Shown here one piece after another: positions 1 to 12,226 of a stretch of 64,000 nt of DNA (position 1 is the first letter of the stretch; each line of letters opens with the position of its first letter). The position numbers were made by a program, and so were the translations under genes. A model generated the notes under the pieces. It saw only the letters and a list, made by a program, of their open reading frames with translations. It made no database searches and was not told the DNA's origin. This DNA comes from Escherichia coli (GTDB lineage Bacteria; Pseudomonadota; Gammaproteobacteria; Enterobacterales; Enterobacteriaceae): NCBI RefSeq assembly GCF_003334815.1, contig NZ_QOWO01000006.1, one strand, 5' to 3'.

Positions 1-237
1 GATCCAACGATCGGCGTCGCCAGGCGGCACCACGTCGGTATGCCCGGCAAAGGCTAACGTTTCACCCTGCCCACGCCATGCCCAAAAATTCTGCGTATCG
101 GCAAAGTCCATGCGTTCAACGGTAAAACCGATCGCCTGCAAACGTTCAATCAACAAAGCCTGGCATCCTGCATCATCAGGACTCAGGGAAGGGCGGCGAA
201 TAAGCTGTTGTGTCAGCTCAATAACCGGGCACGACAT
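1..237 (-). CDS. dapE: Succinyl-diaminopimelate desuccinylase, N-terminal 79 codons only (gene continues past window start)
   Basis: Reverse complement of 1-237 translates to [38 protein letters not shown]..., the DapE N-terminus as I recall it; start codon complement at 235-237. Confidence 0.88.
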
Positions 238-240
238 AGA

Positions 241-615
<375 letters not shown>

Positions 616-977
616 TTATGAGAATAAATACTCATTTAAGGGTGAAAACATTTTGCCTGCAAATGATTATCAGGAAATATAACATTATCGAAGTATTCAA
701 ATTAACAACTATTAAATAATATTAAACATTTTTAACGTAAACATTAAGAATATTCATCTTGTTATCTGTCTGTATTTTAACCAGAATTAAATCAGTATTA
801 GATGCCGTATGAATATCTCGAAATGTTGCTGTGTATCACATACAAATCATCACCGCAGGACCATAGTATTTACATAAGATTTGTCCCCCGGAGGTAGTCA
901 TCGCAGCAATCGAGTAAATTAGCTTCACCACGGTATATTGTTTCCGTAGAATACCCATAATTATAAGAGAGGTTGTT

Positions 978-1037
978 ATGATTGAACGTGAACTGGGGAA
1001 CTGGAAAGACTTTATCGAAGTTATGCTTCGTAAGTAA
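978..1037 (+). CDS. ypfM: Tiny 19-aa protein YpfM (MIERELGNWKDFIEVMLRK)
   Basis: ATG at 978 preceded by GAGAGG RBS; below the 60-aa track cutoff; peptide matches the known K-12 small protein as recalled. Confidence 0.65.
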   Translation: MIERELGNWKDFIEVMLRK

Positions 1038-1102
1038 TTCCTGAGACAAAGTACAAACAGCAAGAACCCGCTGAGCAGGTTCTTAATCGGAAAGTTGAAA
1101 AA

Positions 1103-1130
1103 GGCGACACATTGGCATGTCGCCTTTTTT
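1103..1130. terminator. Bidirectional rho-independent terminator between ypfM and acrD
   Basis: Hairpin GGCGAC-acattggcat-GTCGCC flanked by an A-run and a T-run. Confidence 0.6.
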
Positions 1131-1135
1131 ATTGC

Positions 1136-4100
1136 TTATTCCGGGCGCGGCTTCAGCGGGAAGCGGCGGCGCACCAGCACAAAGAACAGCGGCACGAAGT
1201 AAATAGCCAGAATAGTGGCCGAAATCATCCCGCCCATTACGCCAGTACCCACCGCATGCTGACCACCGGAACCGGCACCCGTGCTGGTTGCCATTGGCAA
1301 TACGCCGAAGATAAATGCCAGCGAGGTCATCAGAATCGGGCGTAAACGCTGACGGCAGGCGTGGAGCGTCGCTTCAAACAGGTCGTGGCCTTTTTGGTTC
1401 ATCTCGTTAGCAAACTCGACGATCAGGATGGCGTTTTTCGCCGATAAACCAATGACCGTTAACAGGCCCACCTGGAAGTAAACGTCGTTTTCCAGCCCGC
1501 GCATCCAGGTTGCCAGCAGCGCGCCGATTACCCCCAGCGGCACGACCAGCATTACCGAGAACGGCACCGACCAGCTTTCATACAACGCAGCCAGACACAG
1601 GAATACCACCAGCAAGGAAATGGCGTACAGCGCCGGAGCCTGCGCGCCGGAAAGCCGCTCCTGATACGACATCGCCGTCCACTCCAGACCAAAGCCGTTT
1701 GGCAGCTGCTTCACTAACGATTCCATAATATCCATCGCCGTACCGGTACTGACCCCCGGTGCGGCTTCCCCAACAATCTCAACCGCAGAATAACCGTTAT
1801 AGCGTTCCAGACGCGGCGAGCCTGTTTCCCAGCGTGAGGTCGCGAAAGCAGAGAAGGGCACCATGCCGCCATCTTTATTTCGGACATACCAGAGATTGAT
1901 GTCATCTGGCAGCATGCGATACGGCGCAGCTGCCTGCACATAGACTTTCTTCACGCGACCGCGATCCATAAAGTCATTCACATAGCTCGAACCCCAGGCG
2001 GTTTGCAGTGTGTCGTTAATATCGTCGATAGCAACGCCCAGCGCCTGAGCTTTACGCTGGTCGATATCAATCTGCAACTGCGGACTGTCGTCGAGGCCGT
2101 TATGGCGCACACGGGTTAGCTCCGGGTTTTCCGCCGCCAGCGCCAGCAACTGATTACGTGCTGCCATCAGCGCATCGTGACCCGCTCCAGCGTGGTCCTG
2201 CAACTCCATATCAAAACCTGCAGAACTACCAAGACCGCTAATTGCTGGCGGGCTGCTGGCGATAACGCGAGCTTCTTTAATTTGGTTAAACGCCTTCGTT
2301 GCACGCTCGATAATGGCAAACGAGGTGCCGGTCTTACTGTCGCGTTCGCTCCAGTCTTTCAGGCGGATAAACATTCGCGCCACGTTTTGCCCGTTACCCC
2401 CAGGGCCAGAACCAACGGTGGCAAACACCGACATGATGTTGTCTTTTTCATGGGTGAAGTAGTATTTCTCGATTTGCTCAACGACTTTCAGGGTCTGTTG
2501 TTGCGTTGAACCGCTGGGCAACTGTACCGAGGTAGTAAACATGCCACGGTCTTCCAGCGGTAAGAACGACGTCGGCAAACGCAGGAACAGGAACACCATG
2601 CCGCCAAGCAGCAGGACATAAATCACAATCCAGCGCAGGCTACGGTGGAGAATTTTCGCCACCCCTTTTTCGTAGCGTTCGGCGTTGCGGTTAAACATCT
2701 GGTTAAACCAGGCAAAAAAGCCTTTTTGCCCATGATGCTCACCTTTTTTCAGTGGCTTAAGTAGTGTGGCACACAGAGCCGGAGTGAGGATCATCGCTAC
2801 CAGTACTGACAGCACCATCGCCGCAACAATGGTAATAGAGAACTGGCGATAGATGGCACCGGTGGTGCCGCCGAAGAAGGCCATTGGTACAAATACCGCC
2901 GAAAGAACCATCGCAATCCCGACCAGTGCCCCCTGGATCTGCCCCATCGATTTACGTGTGGCTTCGCGAGGAGTGAGTCCTTCCTCACTCATAATACGTT
3001 CGACGTTTTCCACCACCACGATGGCGTCATCCACCAGCAGACCGATCGCCAGCACCATCGCGAACATGGTTAAGGTGTTGACGCTGTAACCGAAGGCGTA
3101 AAGTACGGAGAAGGTTCCCATCAACACCACCGGCACGGCGATAGTGGGTATCAGCGTGGCGCGGAAGTTTTGCAGGAACAGATACATAACGAGGAAAACC
3201 AGAGCGATAGCTTCCAGCAGCGTTTTCACCACGTCTTCAATGGAGGCTTTAACAAACGAGGTGGTTTCATACGCCACCTTGTATTCCAGTCCATGCGGGA
3301 AATACTGCGCCAGCTCGTCGAGACGATTGAGCACCAGCTCCGCTGTCGCCATTTCGTTAGCGCCGGAGGCCAGTTTTACCCCCAGCCCGGAGGCTGGCTT
3401 ACCATTGAAGCGGCTAAGATAATCGTATTTCTCCGCCCCCATTTCGACGGTGGCGACATCGCCCAGCCTTACCTCTGAGCCGTCCTGATTGACCCGCAAG
3501 GTGATATCGCGGAACTGTTCTGGTGTTTGCAGCAGTGACTGGGCGTTAATGGTGGCGTTGAGCGCCTGCTTATCGACGGAAGGTGTACCACCAAGTTGCC
3601 CAACCGCAATCTGCGCGTTCTGTGACTCAATGGCATCAGTGACATCTTTAGCCGTCATCTGGAAACTGTTGAGTTTCGCCGGGTCCAGCCAGATACGCAT
3701 GGAATATTGCGAACCATAGGCATCGATATCCCCGACGCCATTCACGCGGCTTAACGGGTCCTGAATATTACTGGCAACATAATCAGCAATATCCTGTTTA
3801 TCCATCGAACCATCGGTAGAGACGAAGGCAATGGTCAGAATGTTGGTATCGCCGGTTTTACGCACCGTCACGCCCTGATTTTGCACCGCCTGCGGTAACT
3901 TTCGCATGGCTGATTGCAGCTGGTTTTGTACTTGCTGCACGGCTTCGTCCGGATCGGTGCCTGCTTTAAAACTTAAAGTGACAGATGCCTGACCGGTGCC
4001 ACTGCTCTGAGATGACATATACATGAGATTATCGAGGCCGGTCATATTTTGCTCGATAACCTGGGTCACGGTGTTTTCCAGCGTCTGGGCCGATGCGCCG

Positions 4101-4249
4101 GGATAGTTAGCGGTCACTCGCACATTCGGTGGCGCGAGATCGGGGTATTGTTCAACGGGCAATGAAAAAATCGCCAGGGTACCTGTCAGACACAACAGGA
4201 TTGCCAGCACCCAGGCAAAAATGGGGCGATCAATAAAGAAATTCGCCAT
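1136..4249 (-). CDS. acrD: RND-family aminoglycoside/multidrug efflux pump AcrD (1037 aa)
   Basis: Full-length 12-TM RND transporter; N-terminus [18 protein letters not shown]. Confidence 0.96.
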   Translation of the reverse strand: MANFFIDRPIFAWVLAILLCLTGTLAIFSLPVEQYPDLAPPNVRVTANYPGASAQTLENTVTQVIEQNMTGLDNLMYMSSQSSGTGQASVTLSFKAGTDPDEAVQQVQNQLQSAMRKLPQAVQNQGVTVRKTGDTNILTIAFVSTDGSMDKQDIADYVASNIQDPLSRVNGVGDIDAYGSQYSMRIWLDPAKLNSFQMTAKDVTDAIESQNAQIAVGQLGGTPSVDKQALNATINAQSLLQTPEQFRDITLRVNQDGSEVRLGDVATVEMGAEKYDYLSRFNGKPASGLGVKLASGANEMATAELVLNRLDELAQYFPHGLEYKVAYETTSFVKASIEDVVKTLLEAIALVFLVMYLFLQNFRATLIPTIAVPVVLMGTFSVLYAFGYSVNTLTMFAMVLAIGLLVDDAIVVVENVERIMSEEGLTPREATRKSMGQIQGALVGIAMVLSAVFVPMAFFGGTTGAIYRQFSITIVAAMVLSVLVAMILTPALCATLLKPLKKGEHHGQKGFFAWFNQMFNRNAERYEKGVAKILHRSLRWIVIYVLLLGGMVFLFLRLPTSFLPLEDRGMFTTSVQLPSGSTQQQTLKVVEQIEKYYFTHEKDNIMSVFATVGSGPGGNGQNVARMFIRLKDWSERDSKTGTSFAIIERATKAFNQIKEARVIASSPPAISGLGSSAGFDMELQDHAGAGHDALMAARNQLLALAAENPELTRVRHNGLDDSPQLQIDIDQRKAQALGVAIDDINDTLQTAWGSSYVNDFMDRGRVKKVYVQAAAPYRMLPDDINLWYVRNKDGGMVPFSAFATSRWETGSPRLERYNGYSAVEIVGEAAPGVSTGTAMDIMESLVKQLPNGFGLEWTAMSYQERLSGAQAPALYAISLLVVFLCLAALYESWSVPFSVMLVVPLGVIGALLATWMRGLENDVYFQVGLLTVIGLSAKNAILIVEFANEMNQKGHDLFEATLHACRQRLRPILMTSLAFIFGVLPMATSTGAGSGGQHAVGTGVMGGMISATILAIYFVPLFFVLVRRRFPLKPRPE

Positions 4250-4317
4250 TAAAAGAGGACCTCGTGTTTCTGCGTATCGTTGTAGGCTTGACTTGCTTCA
4301 CTGTAGCGGCAAGGTAC

Positions 4318-4339
4318 GAGCCAATCGTGGAGAAAAAAA
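4318..4339 (-). promoter_or_regulatory. Candidate BaeR response-regulator box upstream of acrD
   Basis: Minus-strand sequence TTTTTTTCTCCACGATTGGCTC resembles the published BaeR consensus TTTTTCTCCATDATTGGC (1 mismatch), about 70-90 bp upstream of the acrD start. Confidence 0.45.
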
Positions 4340-4412
4340 GGAGTTAATGTAAATTATCATGCCCTTTTATACTGAACCTTAAGTGCAAGTATTCTTTGGT
4401 CAGTAGGAGGCA

Positions 4413-6113
4413 TTACATTAACTGACTTTCCTCACCCTCCGCAGAGCGAAAGCTAATACTCACTAACGTGCCGCCGCCGGAAGGTTGTGAAAAAGTCAGC
4501 GTCCCACCTAGCCGTTCCGCGCGTTCGCGCATGATATTCAGACCATAATGACCTTCGGGTTCTTTCGGTTCACCGATACCAATCCCGTTATCACGGATAT
4601 AAACCGTGTGATTGCCGTCCGGCGCGGTGACGCAACTGACGGCGATTTCGCTGGCGTTGGCGTGCTTCATCGCATTCAGCACCGCTTCGCGAATAATTTG
4701 CAACAAATGCACCTGCATTTGCGCATCCAGTGCCAGGGTTGGCAGACGGCAGTCGAGGGTCAGTTTGGCGCTGGTTTGATTTTGTAACGTATCCAGCATT
4801 TCCCTCAATGCGGAGGGGAGATCCGCCTGCTGCAGCGTCAGGCGGAAAGTAGTCAACAGCTCGCGTAACTGCCGATAAGCATCATTCAACGCCTGGGAAA
4901 AATCGGCCATGATACTTTGTGCGGTGGCGTTATCTTCCGGTATCGAACGCTTCAGTAACGTCAACTGGATACGTAAGTAAGAAAGTACCTGAGCCAGCGA
5001 GTCGTGCAATTCGCGGGCGATGGTCGCACGTTCTTCCATCAACAATAATTGCTGAAAATGCTTCTGCGCCTGATTAAAGTACAAACCGCGTCCCAGCATC
5101 GACGAAACGCTGTTAAGCAGCGGTTCTGATGATGAAACGTGACTATTTTGCCAGTGCAGTTCGCCGTAAACCGTCTCTTGCATTGTCACCGGTAAAATCT
5201 GCATCGGCAATTCCGGGTTTGGTTGCCCTTCGCTAATCCGCCAGTTTTCACCGACATTTAACTCCAGATATTCAGCCGCTTCATTGTCGCGAACAATCTG
5301 CAAAATATGGCGGAAACAATGCACATCAATCTGGCTAGTGTTCAGCGCCTGCGAACACTGATACAACACCTCCAGACGACGCTTGGCCTCGTGGAGATCG
5401 CGGGTCTTTTCTTCTACTGACGCTTCCAGCGAACGGTACAATTTATGCAGCTCGCTCGACATCTGGTTAAAGGTTTTTGCAAGCAGACCAAGCTCATTCG
5501 GCAGGTTGGTATCCAGCGGCGGCGAGTCGAACTGCCCGTGTTCAATACGCTGACTGGCGGTAACCAGCTGATTCAGCGGGGCAACCACCTGATGGCGTAT
5601 GCGGCGCAAAGTAAAAAAGACCAGCGTGAAAATACCGATGCCGCCAGCCAGGGAAATCGCCACCACCAGCAGCATTTTGCGTTCAGCGTAGTGCTGTAAA
5701 GCCAGTACGAACAGGTCTATCTGATTAACATAATTATTAATATTGGCCTGATACCACGGCAAATCGCCCTTGCTGAGCCGATTATTCATCTCCAGCCAGT
5801 TGGCATTCAGATGCGCATAGCGAGTTTTTACTGCTTCTGGCACATACCAGACGTTGAGGTTGGTTAATACCGGTGAATGCAGTGCCTGCTGAAATAACTG
5901 GCGATGTGCATTGAGTTGTGGACTGCCACTTTGCAAGTCGTAGCCCAGGCGGTAACTCTGCATACGCAGCGATCCGGCAATATTGATAGCCTCAGCGTCG
6001 CGCAAACTGCTCGCCAGAGTTAGCAGAGCGATACCCGTGGAAAGAATCGACAGCAGCACAATGTAAAAAAAGGCCCGGGCCAGACTGGCCGAGACGGGTC
6101 GTTTAACAATCAC
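4413..6113 (-). CDS. narQ: Nitrate/nitrite sensor histidine kinase NarQ (566 aa, GTG start)
   Basis: Track ORF extends to an ATG at 6137, but the known NarQ N-terminus MIVKRPVSASLARAFFYIVL corresponds to a GTG at 6111-6113; HAMP and HisKA_3/HATPase motifs present. Confidence 0.93.
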   Translation of the reverse strand: MIVKRPVSASLARAFFYIVLLSILSTGIALLTLASSLRDAEAINIAGSLRMQSYRLGYDLQSGSPQLNAHRQLFQQALHSPVLTNLNVWYVPEAVKTRYAHLNANWLEMNNRLSKGDLPWYQANINNYVNQIDLFVLALQHYAERKMLLVVAISLAGGIGIFTLVFFTLRRIRHQVVAPLNQLVTASQRIEHGQFDSPPLDTNLPNELGLLAKTFNQMSSELHKLYRSLEASVEEKTRDLHEAKRRLEVLYQCSQALNTSQIDVHCFRHILQIVRDNEAAEYLELNVGENWRISEGQPNPELPMQILPVTMQETVYGELHWQNSHVSSSEPLLNSVSSMLGRGLYFNQAQKHFQQLLLMEERATIARELHDSLAQVLSYLRIQLTLLKRSIPEDNATAQSIMADFSQALNDAYRQLRELLTTFRLTLQQADLPSALREMLDTLQNQTSAKLTLDCRLPTLALDAQMQVHLLQIIREAVLNAMKHANASEIAVSCVTAPDGNHTVYIRDNGIGIGEPKEPEGHYGLNIMRERAERLGGTLTFSQPSGGGTLVSISFRSAEGEESQLM

Positions 6114-6317
6114 ACGCGTCTTCTCCACAAAAATCATTAATGTTCCAGTTCGCTGAAACGCAATTTAGTCAGTGATGGGATTATTTGATCTGCCACAGTT
6201 TATAGCGAAATAGTTACTTATTCTGGGCACATGAACATTGCCGATTCCCCTGTAAGTCGGGTAATAACAACACTCATATAAAGAATAAGGTTTTTACAAC
6301 CAAAAAAGAAGGTCGTT

Positions 6318-8297
6318 ATGAATCGTTTTATTATGGCCAACAGTCAGCAATGTCTGGGTTGTCATGCTTGTGAAATCGCCTGTGTCATGGCTCACAATGA
6401 TGAGCAACATGTCCTGAGCCAACACCATTTTCATCCCCGAATTACGGTTATCAAACATCAACAGCAACGTAGTGCAGTGACCTGTCACCATTGTGAAGAT
6501 GCGCCCTGCGCCCGTAGCTGCCCTAATGGCGCAATCAGCCACGTTGATGACAGCATTCAGGTCAATCAGCAAAAGTGTATTGGCTGTAAATCCTGCGTGG
6601 TGGCCTGTCCTTTTGGTACGATGCAAATCGTCCTGACACCCGTCGCGGCAGGAAAAGTAAAAGCCACGGCGCATAAATGCGACCTTTGTGCGGGGCGCGA
6701 AAACGGTCCTGCCTGTGTTGAGAATTGCCCGGCGGACGCGCTGCAACTGGTCACTGACGTCGCACTCTCCGGCATGGCGAAATCCCGCCGCTTGCGCACC
6801 GCGCGTCAGGAACATCAACCGTGGCATGCCAGTACCGCGGCGCAAGAAATGCCGGTAATGAGTAAAGTCGAACAAATGCAGGCAACGCCCGCGCGTGGCG
6901 AGCCGGATAAACTGGCGATTGAAGCGCGCAAAACCGGTTTTGATGAAATTTATCTGCCATTTCGCGCCGACCAGGCACAACGGGAAGCCTCGCGCTGCCT
7001 TAAGTGCGGCGAGCACAGCGTTTGTGAATGGACCTGCCCGCTGCATAACCATATACCGCAGTGGATTGAACTGGTGAAAGCCGGAAACATCGACGCCGCC
7101 GTCGAGCTTTCTCACCAGACCAACACCCTGCCGGAAATTACCGGACGCGTTTGTCCGCAAGACCGTTTGTGTGAAGGTGCCTGTACTATTCGCGATGAGC
7201 ACGGCGCGGTAACTATCGGCAACATTGAACGCTACATTTCAGATCAGGCGTTGGCGAAAGGTTGGCGTCCTGACTTAAGCCATGTCACCAAAGTGGACAA
7301 GCGGGTGGCGATTATCGGTGCAGGTCCGGCAGGGCTGGCCTGTGCGGATGTTCTGACCCGCAATGGCGTGGGGGTGACGGTGTACGATCGCCATCCAGAA
7401 ATCGGTGGCTTGCTCACTTTCGGCATTCCTTCTTTCAAACTGGATAAATCCCTGCTGGCACGCCGTCGGGAAATCTTCAGCGCGATGGGGATTCACTTCG
7501 AACTCAATTGTGAAGTGGGTAAAGATGTCTCTTTGGATTCGCTTTTGGAACAATACGACGCGGTCTTCGTTGGCGTAGGCACTTACCGTTCCATGAAAGC
7601 GGGTTTACCCAATGAAGATGCGCCGGGCGTTTATGACGCGCTGCCGTTCCTCATTGCCAACACTAAACAGGTGATGGGGCTCGAAGAGCTACCGGAAGAG
7701 CCGTTTATCAATACCGCCGGACTTAACGTCGTGGTACTGGGCGGCGGCGACACCGCGATGGACTGTGTGCGTACCGCACTGCGCCACGGCGCGAGTAACG
7801 TCACCTGCGCTTATCGTCGTGATGAAGCTAACATGCCAGGCTCGAAGAAAGAAGTGAAGAACGCCCGCGAAGAGGGGGCCAACTTCGAATTTAACGTCCA
7901 GCCGGTGGCGCTTGAGCTGAATGAACAAGGTCACGTCTGCGGGATTCGTTTCCTGCGCACGCGTCTTGGAGAGCCGGATGCCCAGGGGCGTCGGCGTCCA
8001 GTGCCGGTGGAAGGCAGTGAATTTGTCATGCCAGCCGACGCGGTGATTATGGCGTTTGGCTTCAATCCGCACGGGATGCCGTGGCTGGAGTCGCACGGTG
8101 TAACGGTAGACAAATGGGGCCGCATCATCGCGGATGTGGAAAGCCAGTACCGTTACCAGACCACCAATCCGAAAATCTTCGCTGGTGGTGACGCCGTGCG
8201 TGGTGCGGATCTGGTGGTTACCGCAATGGCAGAAGGACGTCATGCGGCACAGGGGATTATTGACTGGCTGGGGGTAAAATCAGTCAAATCTCACTGA
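6318..8297 (+). CDS. aegA: Fe-S cluster oxidoreductase AegA (glutamate synthase small-subunit-like, 659 aa)
   Basis: N-terminal 4Fe-4S ferredoxin cysteine clusters (CxxCxxCxxxCP repeats) followed by a GltD-like FAD/NAD(P) domain (IIGAGPAGLACA). Confidence 0.93.
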   Translation: MNRFIMANSQQCLGCHACEIACVMAHNDEQHVLSQHHFHPRITVIKHQQQRSAVTCHHCEDAPCARSCPNGAISHVDDSIQVNQQKCIGCKSCVVACPFGTMQIVLTPVAAGKVKATAHKCDLCAGRENGPACVENCPADALQLVTDVALSGMAKSRRLRTARQEHQPWHASTAAQEMPVMSKVEQMQATPARGEPDKLAIEARKTGFDEIYLPFRADQAQREASRCLKCGEHSVCEWTCPLHNHIPQWIELVKAGNIDAAVELSHQTNTLPEITGRVCPQDRLCEGACTIRDEHGAVTIGNIERYISDQALAKGWRPDLSHVTKVDKRVAIIGAGPAGLACADVLTRNGVGVTVYDRHPEIGGLLTFGIPSFKLDKSLLARRREIFSAMGIHFELNCEVGKDVSLDSLLEQYDAVFVGVGTYRSMKAGLPNEDAPGVYDALPFLIANTKQVMGLEELPEEPFINTAGLNVVVLGGGDTAMDCVRTALRHGASNVTCAYRRDEANMPGSKKEVKNAREEGANFEFNVQPVALELNEQGHVCGIRFLRTRLGEPDAQGRRRPVPVEGSEFVMPADAVIMAFGFNPHGMPWLESHGVTVDKWGRIIADVESQYRYQTTNPKIFAGGDAVRGADLVVTAMAEGRHAAQGIIDWLGVKSVKSH

Positions 8298-8364
8298 TAG
8301 CCTGCGCAGACAAACCCGACTTCACAGCGTAAGATAATTGTTCATTTCGCGCTGTGGAGTCGGT

Positions 8365-8940
8365 ATGACGCAACAAATCACCCTCATTAAAGACAAAATT
8401 CTCTCCGATAACTATTTCACCCTGCACAACATTACTTACGATCTCACGCGCAAAGACGGCGAAGTTATCCGCCATAAACGTGAAGTGTACGATCGCGGCA
8501 ATGGTGCGACGATCCTCCTGTACAACACGAAGAAAAAGACCGTGGTTCTGATTCGTCAGTTCCGTGTCGCTACCTGGGTTAATGGCAATGAAAGCGGGCA
8601 GCTGATTGAAAGCTGCGCCGGGCTGCTGGATAACGACGAACCGGAAGTGTGTATTCGCAAAGAAGCGATTGAAGAGACGGGCTATGAAGTGGGTGAAGTG
8701 CGCAAATTATTTGAACTGTATATGTCGCCAGGCGGTGTGACTGAGCTAATCCACTTTTTTATCGCCGAATACAGTGACAATCAGCGCGCTAACGCCGGTG
8801 GCGGTGTCGAAGATGAAGATATTGAAGTGCTCGAGCTGCCGTTCAGCCAGGCGCTGGAGATGATCAAAACCGGCGAGATACGTGACGGTAAGACGGTGTT
8901 ATTGCTTAACTATTTGCAAACGTCACATTTAATGGACTGA
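8365..8940 (+). CDS. nudK: Nudix hydrolase NudK (GDP-mannose pyrophosphatase, 191 aa)
   Basis: Track ORF trimmed to the ATG at 8365 ([13 protein letters not shown]); Nudix box present ([21 protein letters not shown]). Confidence 0.9.
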   Translation: MTQQITLIKDKILSDNYFTLHNITYDLTRKDGEVIRHKREVYDRGNGATILLYNTKKKTVVLIRQFRVATWVNGNESGQLIESCAGLLDNDEPEVCIRKEAIEETGYEVGEVRKLFELYMSPGGVTELIHFFIAEYSDNQRANAGGGVEDEDIEVLELPFSQALEMIKTGEIRDGKTVLLLNYLQTSHLMD

Positions 8941-9065
8941 AAAATAACAATAATATTTCGTTGTTTATTATTGGCTCAATCCGACAAATCCGATTGAGCC
9001 GCGCTACCTGCGCAACGAAGATACGACTTGTGCTGTTTGTTTGAACTTCTGGGGTCGTACCGTCC

Positions 9066-10109
9066 ATGCGCTATCGCATTTTCCTTCTCTTTTTTTTCGC
9101 TTTGTTGCCGACGTCTTTGGTGTGGGCGGCACCAGCGCAACGGGCGTTTTCCGACTGGCAGGTCACCTGTAATAACCAAAATTTCTGCGTGGCGCGTAAT
9201 ACGGGCGATCATAATGGACTGGTGATGACCCTGAGCCGCAGCGCCGGGGCGCATACCGATGCCGTTTTACGTATTGAGCGCGGCGGATTGAAGTCGCCGG
9301 AGGCGTCAGAAGGGGAGATAGCGCCACGGCTGCTGTTAGATGGCGAGCCGTTGGCGTTAAGTGGTGACAAGTGGCGGATTTCACCATGGTTATTAGTAAC
9401 CGATGATACGGCAACCATCACCGCGTTTTTGCAGATGATTCAGGAAGGGAAGGCAATCACCTTACGCGATGGCGATCAGACCATTTCTCTGAGTGGCTTA
9501 AAAGCAGCGTTGTTGTTTATTGATGCTCAGCAAAAGCGCGTTGGCAGTGAAACCGCGTGGATCAAGAAAGGGGACGAACCGCCGCTCAGCGTACCGCCCG
9601 CGCCTGCGCTGAAAGAGGTCGCGGTGGTTAACCCAACGCCGACGCCACTCTCACTCGAAGAACGCAACGATTTGCTGGATTATGGAAACTGGCGGATGAA
9701 TGGTCTGCGCTGCTCGCTTGATCCATTGCGTCGTGAGGTGAATGTCACTGCGCTGACTGATGATAAAGCGCTGATGATGATTAGCTGTGAGGCAGGGGCC
9801 TATAACACCATTGATTTGGCATGGATTGTGTCGCGTAAAAAGCCACTAGCTTCGCGCCCGGTTCGGTTGCGTTTGCCGTTCAACAACGGTCAGGAGACGA
9901 ATGAACTGGAACTGATGAACGCAACATTTGATGAGAAATCGCGTGAACTGGTGACCTTAGCGAAAGGGCGCGGATTAAGCGATTGTGGCATTCAGGCGCG
10001 CTGGCGCTTTGACGGTCAGCGTTTTCGCCTGGTGCGTTACGCCGCAGAACCCACCTGCGATAACTGGCATGGGCCAGACGCCTGGCCCACGTTGTGGATC
10101 ACCCGTTAA
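9066..10109 (+). CDS. ypfG: DUF1176-family periplasmic protein YpfG (signal peptide)
   Basis: N-terminal signal peptide MRYRIFLLFFFALLPTSLVWA; matches K-12 YpfG as recalled. Confidence 0.85.
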   Translation: MRYRIFLLFFFALLPTSLVWAAPAQRAFSDWQVTCNNQNFCVARNTGDHNGLVMTLSRSAGAHTDAVLRIERGGLKSPEASEGEIAPRLLLDGEPLALSGDKWRISPWLLVTDDTATITAFLQMIQEGKAITLRDGDQTISLSGLKAALLFIDAQQKRVGSETAWIKKGDEPPLSVPPAPALKEVAVVNPTPTPLSLEERNDLLDYGNWRMNGLRCSLDPLRREVNVTALTDDKALMMISCEAGAYNTIDLAWIVSRKKPLASRPVRLRLPFNNGQETNELELMNATFDEKSRELVTLAKGRGLSDCGIQARWRFDGQRFRLVRYAAEPTCDNWHGPDAWPTLWITR

Positions 10110-10125
10110 ACAAAATGGCGGGACA

Positions 10126-10203
10126 TGTAGGCCGGATAAGACGCTGTAGGCCGGATAAGACGCGTCAGCGTCGCATCCGGCAATCAGCATCCGGCAATCA
10201 CCA
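10126..10203. repeat. REP (repetitive extragenic palindrome) cluster between ypfG and tktB
   Basis: Two GTAGGCCGGATAAGACGC units plus inverted GCGTCGCATCCGGCA units. Confidence 0.8.
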
Positions 10204-12207
10204 TCAGGCACCTTTCACTCCCAGCACCTTATGCGCTTTTGCCACAATATTCTCGGCGGTAAAGCCAAAGAACGGGAACAGCTTATCCGCCGGAGCAGAT
10301 TCCCCGTAACCCGTCATCCCGACAATTGCCCCTTTCAGACCAACATACTTGTACCAGTAATCGGCAATACCTGCTTCCACCGCCACGCGAGCCGCAACGT
10401 TAGAAGGCAACACCGACTCCCGATATTCCTCATCCTGGGCGTCGAAAATATCGGTCGAGGGCAGGGAAACTACGCGTACATTGCGACCTTCTCCTGCTAA
10501 TTTCTCTGCCGCTTGCAGGGTAATTTCCATCTCTGAACCGGTGGCAATCAGAATAATATCTGGCTTACCGCCGCTGTCTTTCAGCACATAACCGCCACGA
10601 GCAATCTCTTTAACCTGATCCGGCGTACGTTCCACCTGGGCCAGATTCTGCCTTGAGAGGATCAGTGCCGTCGGTCCGTTGTGGCGCTCAACCGCCAGCT
10701 TCCAGCCCACCGCCGCTTCCACCTGATCGCACGGTCGCCAGGTGCTGAAATTTGGCGTTAAGCGCAGGCTGGCCAGTTGCTCAACAGCCTGGTGCGTCGG
10801 ACCATCTTCGCCCAGGCCAATTGAGTCGTGGGTATAAACCATAATCTGCCGCGCTTTCATCAGTGCCGCCATCCGCGCGGCGTTACGGGCGTATTCAACA
10901 AACATCAGGAACGTCGCGGTATACGGCACAAAGCCGCCGTGGTGCGCGATGCCGTTGGCGATAGCGGTCATGCCAAATTCACGCACCCCGTAGTGAATGT
11001 AGTTGCCCGCTGGATCTTCCTTCAGCGAAACAGAACCTTTCCAGATGGTCAGGTTGCTGGGAGCCAGATCCGCCGAACCGCCGAGCAACTCAGGCAGCAT
11101 CGGCCCGTAAGCGTTAAGCGTATTTTGCGAAGCCTTACGGGTAGCGATTTTCGCCGGATTTGCCTGTAACTCATTGATATATTTCTGAGTCGTTTTCTCC
11201 CAGTCCTTCGGTAAACCACCGCTCATCCGTCGGGTAAACTCTTCTGCCAGTTGCGGATGAGCCTTTTTATAGGCGGCAAACTTCTCATTCCAGCTCTGCT
11301 GCGCTTTTTCGCCTTTTTCACGGGCATCCCAGGCGTGATAAATCTCTTTAGGGATCTCAAATGGCGGATGGTGCCAGCCCAGTTTTTGCCGTGCCAGCGC
11401 CACTTCTTCTTCCCCCAGTGGTGCGCCGTGCGCCTCTTCCTTACCTGCTTTATTCGGCGAACCAAAGCCAATCACCGTACGGCAGATAATCAGCGACGGC
11501 TTATCTTTCACGCTTTGCGCTTCAAGGATCGCTTCCTTCACCGCCTGCGGATCGTGACCGTCGATTTCATGGATCACATGCCAGTGATAGGCTTCAAAAC
11601 GTTTTGCCGTATCGTCGGTAAACCAGCCTTCTGTTTCACCGTCGATGGAAATACCGTTGTGATCGTAAAAACCAATCAGCTTGCCCAGTCCCAGCGTGCC
11701 TGCCAGCGAACAGACTTCGTGGGAAATACCTTCCATCAGGCAGCCGTCGCCCATAAACACATAGGTGAAGTGATCGACGATCTCATGGTCTGGCTGGTTA
11801 AACTGCGCCGCCAGTGTACGCTCTGCTATCGCCAGCCCGACGGCGTTCGCCAAACCTTGTCCAAGCGGGCCGGTGGTGGTTTCAACGCCTGGCGTATAGC
11901 CAATCTCCGGGTGGCCTGGGGTTTTCGAATGCAACTGACGGAAGTTCTTCAGTTCTTCCAGCGGCAGGTCGTAACCGGTCAGATGTAGCAAACTGTAGAG
12001 CAGCATCGACGCGTGACCGTTGGAAAGAATAAAGCGGTCGCGATCATACCAGGTTGGGTCGGTAGGGTTATGTTTAAGAAAATCGTTCCACAGCACTTCG
12101 GCAATATCAGCCATGCCCATCGGCGCGCCGGGATGACCAGAGTTGGCTTTTTGTACCGCATCCATACTGAGTGCGCGAATCGCATTGGCAAGGTCTTTTC
12201 GGGACAT
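10204..12207 (-). CDS. tktB: Transketolase 2 (667 aa)
   Basis: Track ORF trimmed to [31 protein letters not shown]; adjacent to talA as in the K-12 talA-tktB operon. Confidence 0.95.
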   Translation of the reverse strand: MSRKDLANAIRALSMDAVQKANSGHPGAPMGMADIAEVLWNDFLKHNPTDPTWYDRDRFILSNGHASMLLYSLLHLTGYDLPLEELKNFRQLHSKTPGHPEIGYTPGVETTTGPLGQGLANAVGLAIAERTLAAQFNQPDHEIVDHFTYVFMGDGCLMEGISHEVCSLAGTLGLGKLIGFYDHNGISIDGETEGWFTDDTAKRFEAYHWHVIHEIDGHDPQAVKEAILEAQSVKDKPSLIICRTVIGFGSPNKAGKEEAHGAPLGEEEVALARQKLGWHHPPFEIPKEIYHAWDAREKGEKAQQSWNEKFAAYKKAHPQLAEEFTRRMSGGLPKDWEKTTQKYINELQANPAKIATRKASQNTLNAYGPMLPELLGGSADLAPSNLTIWKGSVSLKEDPAGNYIHYGVREFGMTAIANGIAHHGGFVPYTATFLMFVEYARNAARMAALMKARQIMVYTHDSIGLGEDGPTHQAVEQLASLRLTPNFSTWRPCDQVEAAVGWKLAVERHNGPTALILSRQNLAQVERTPDQVKEIARGGYVLKDSGGKPDIILIATGSEMEITLQAAEKLAGEGRNVRVVSLPSTDIFDAQDEEYRESVLPSNVAARVAVEAGIADYWYKYVGLKGAIVGMTGYGESAPADKLFPFFGFTAENIVAKAHKVLGVKGA

Positions 12208-12226
12208 ATAACACTCCGTGGCTGGT

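Noticed and set aside
836-1063. 75-aa minus-strand ORF overlapping ypfM
   Set aside because: AT-rich intergenic DNA with no RBS; it overlaps the better-supported ypfM on the opposite strand.
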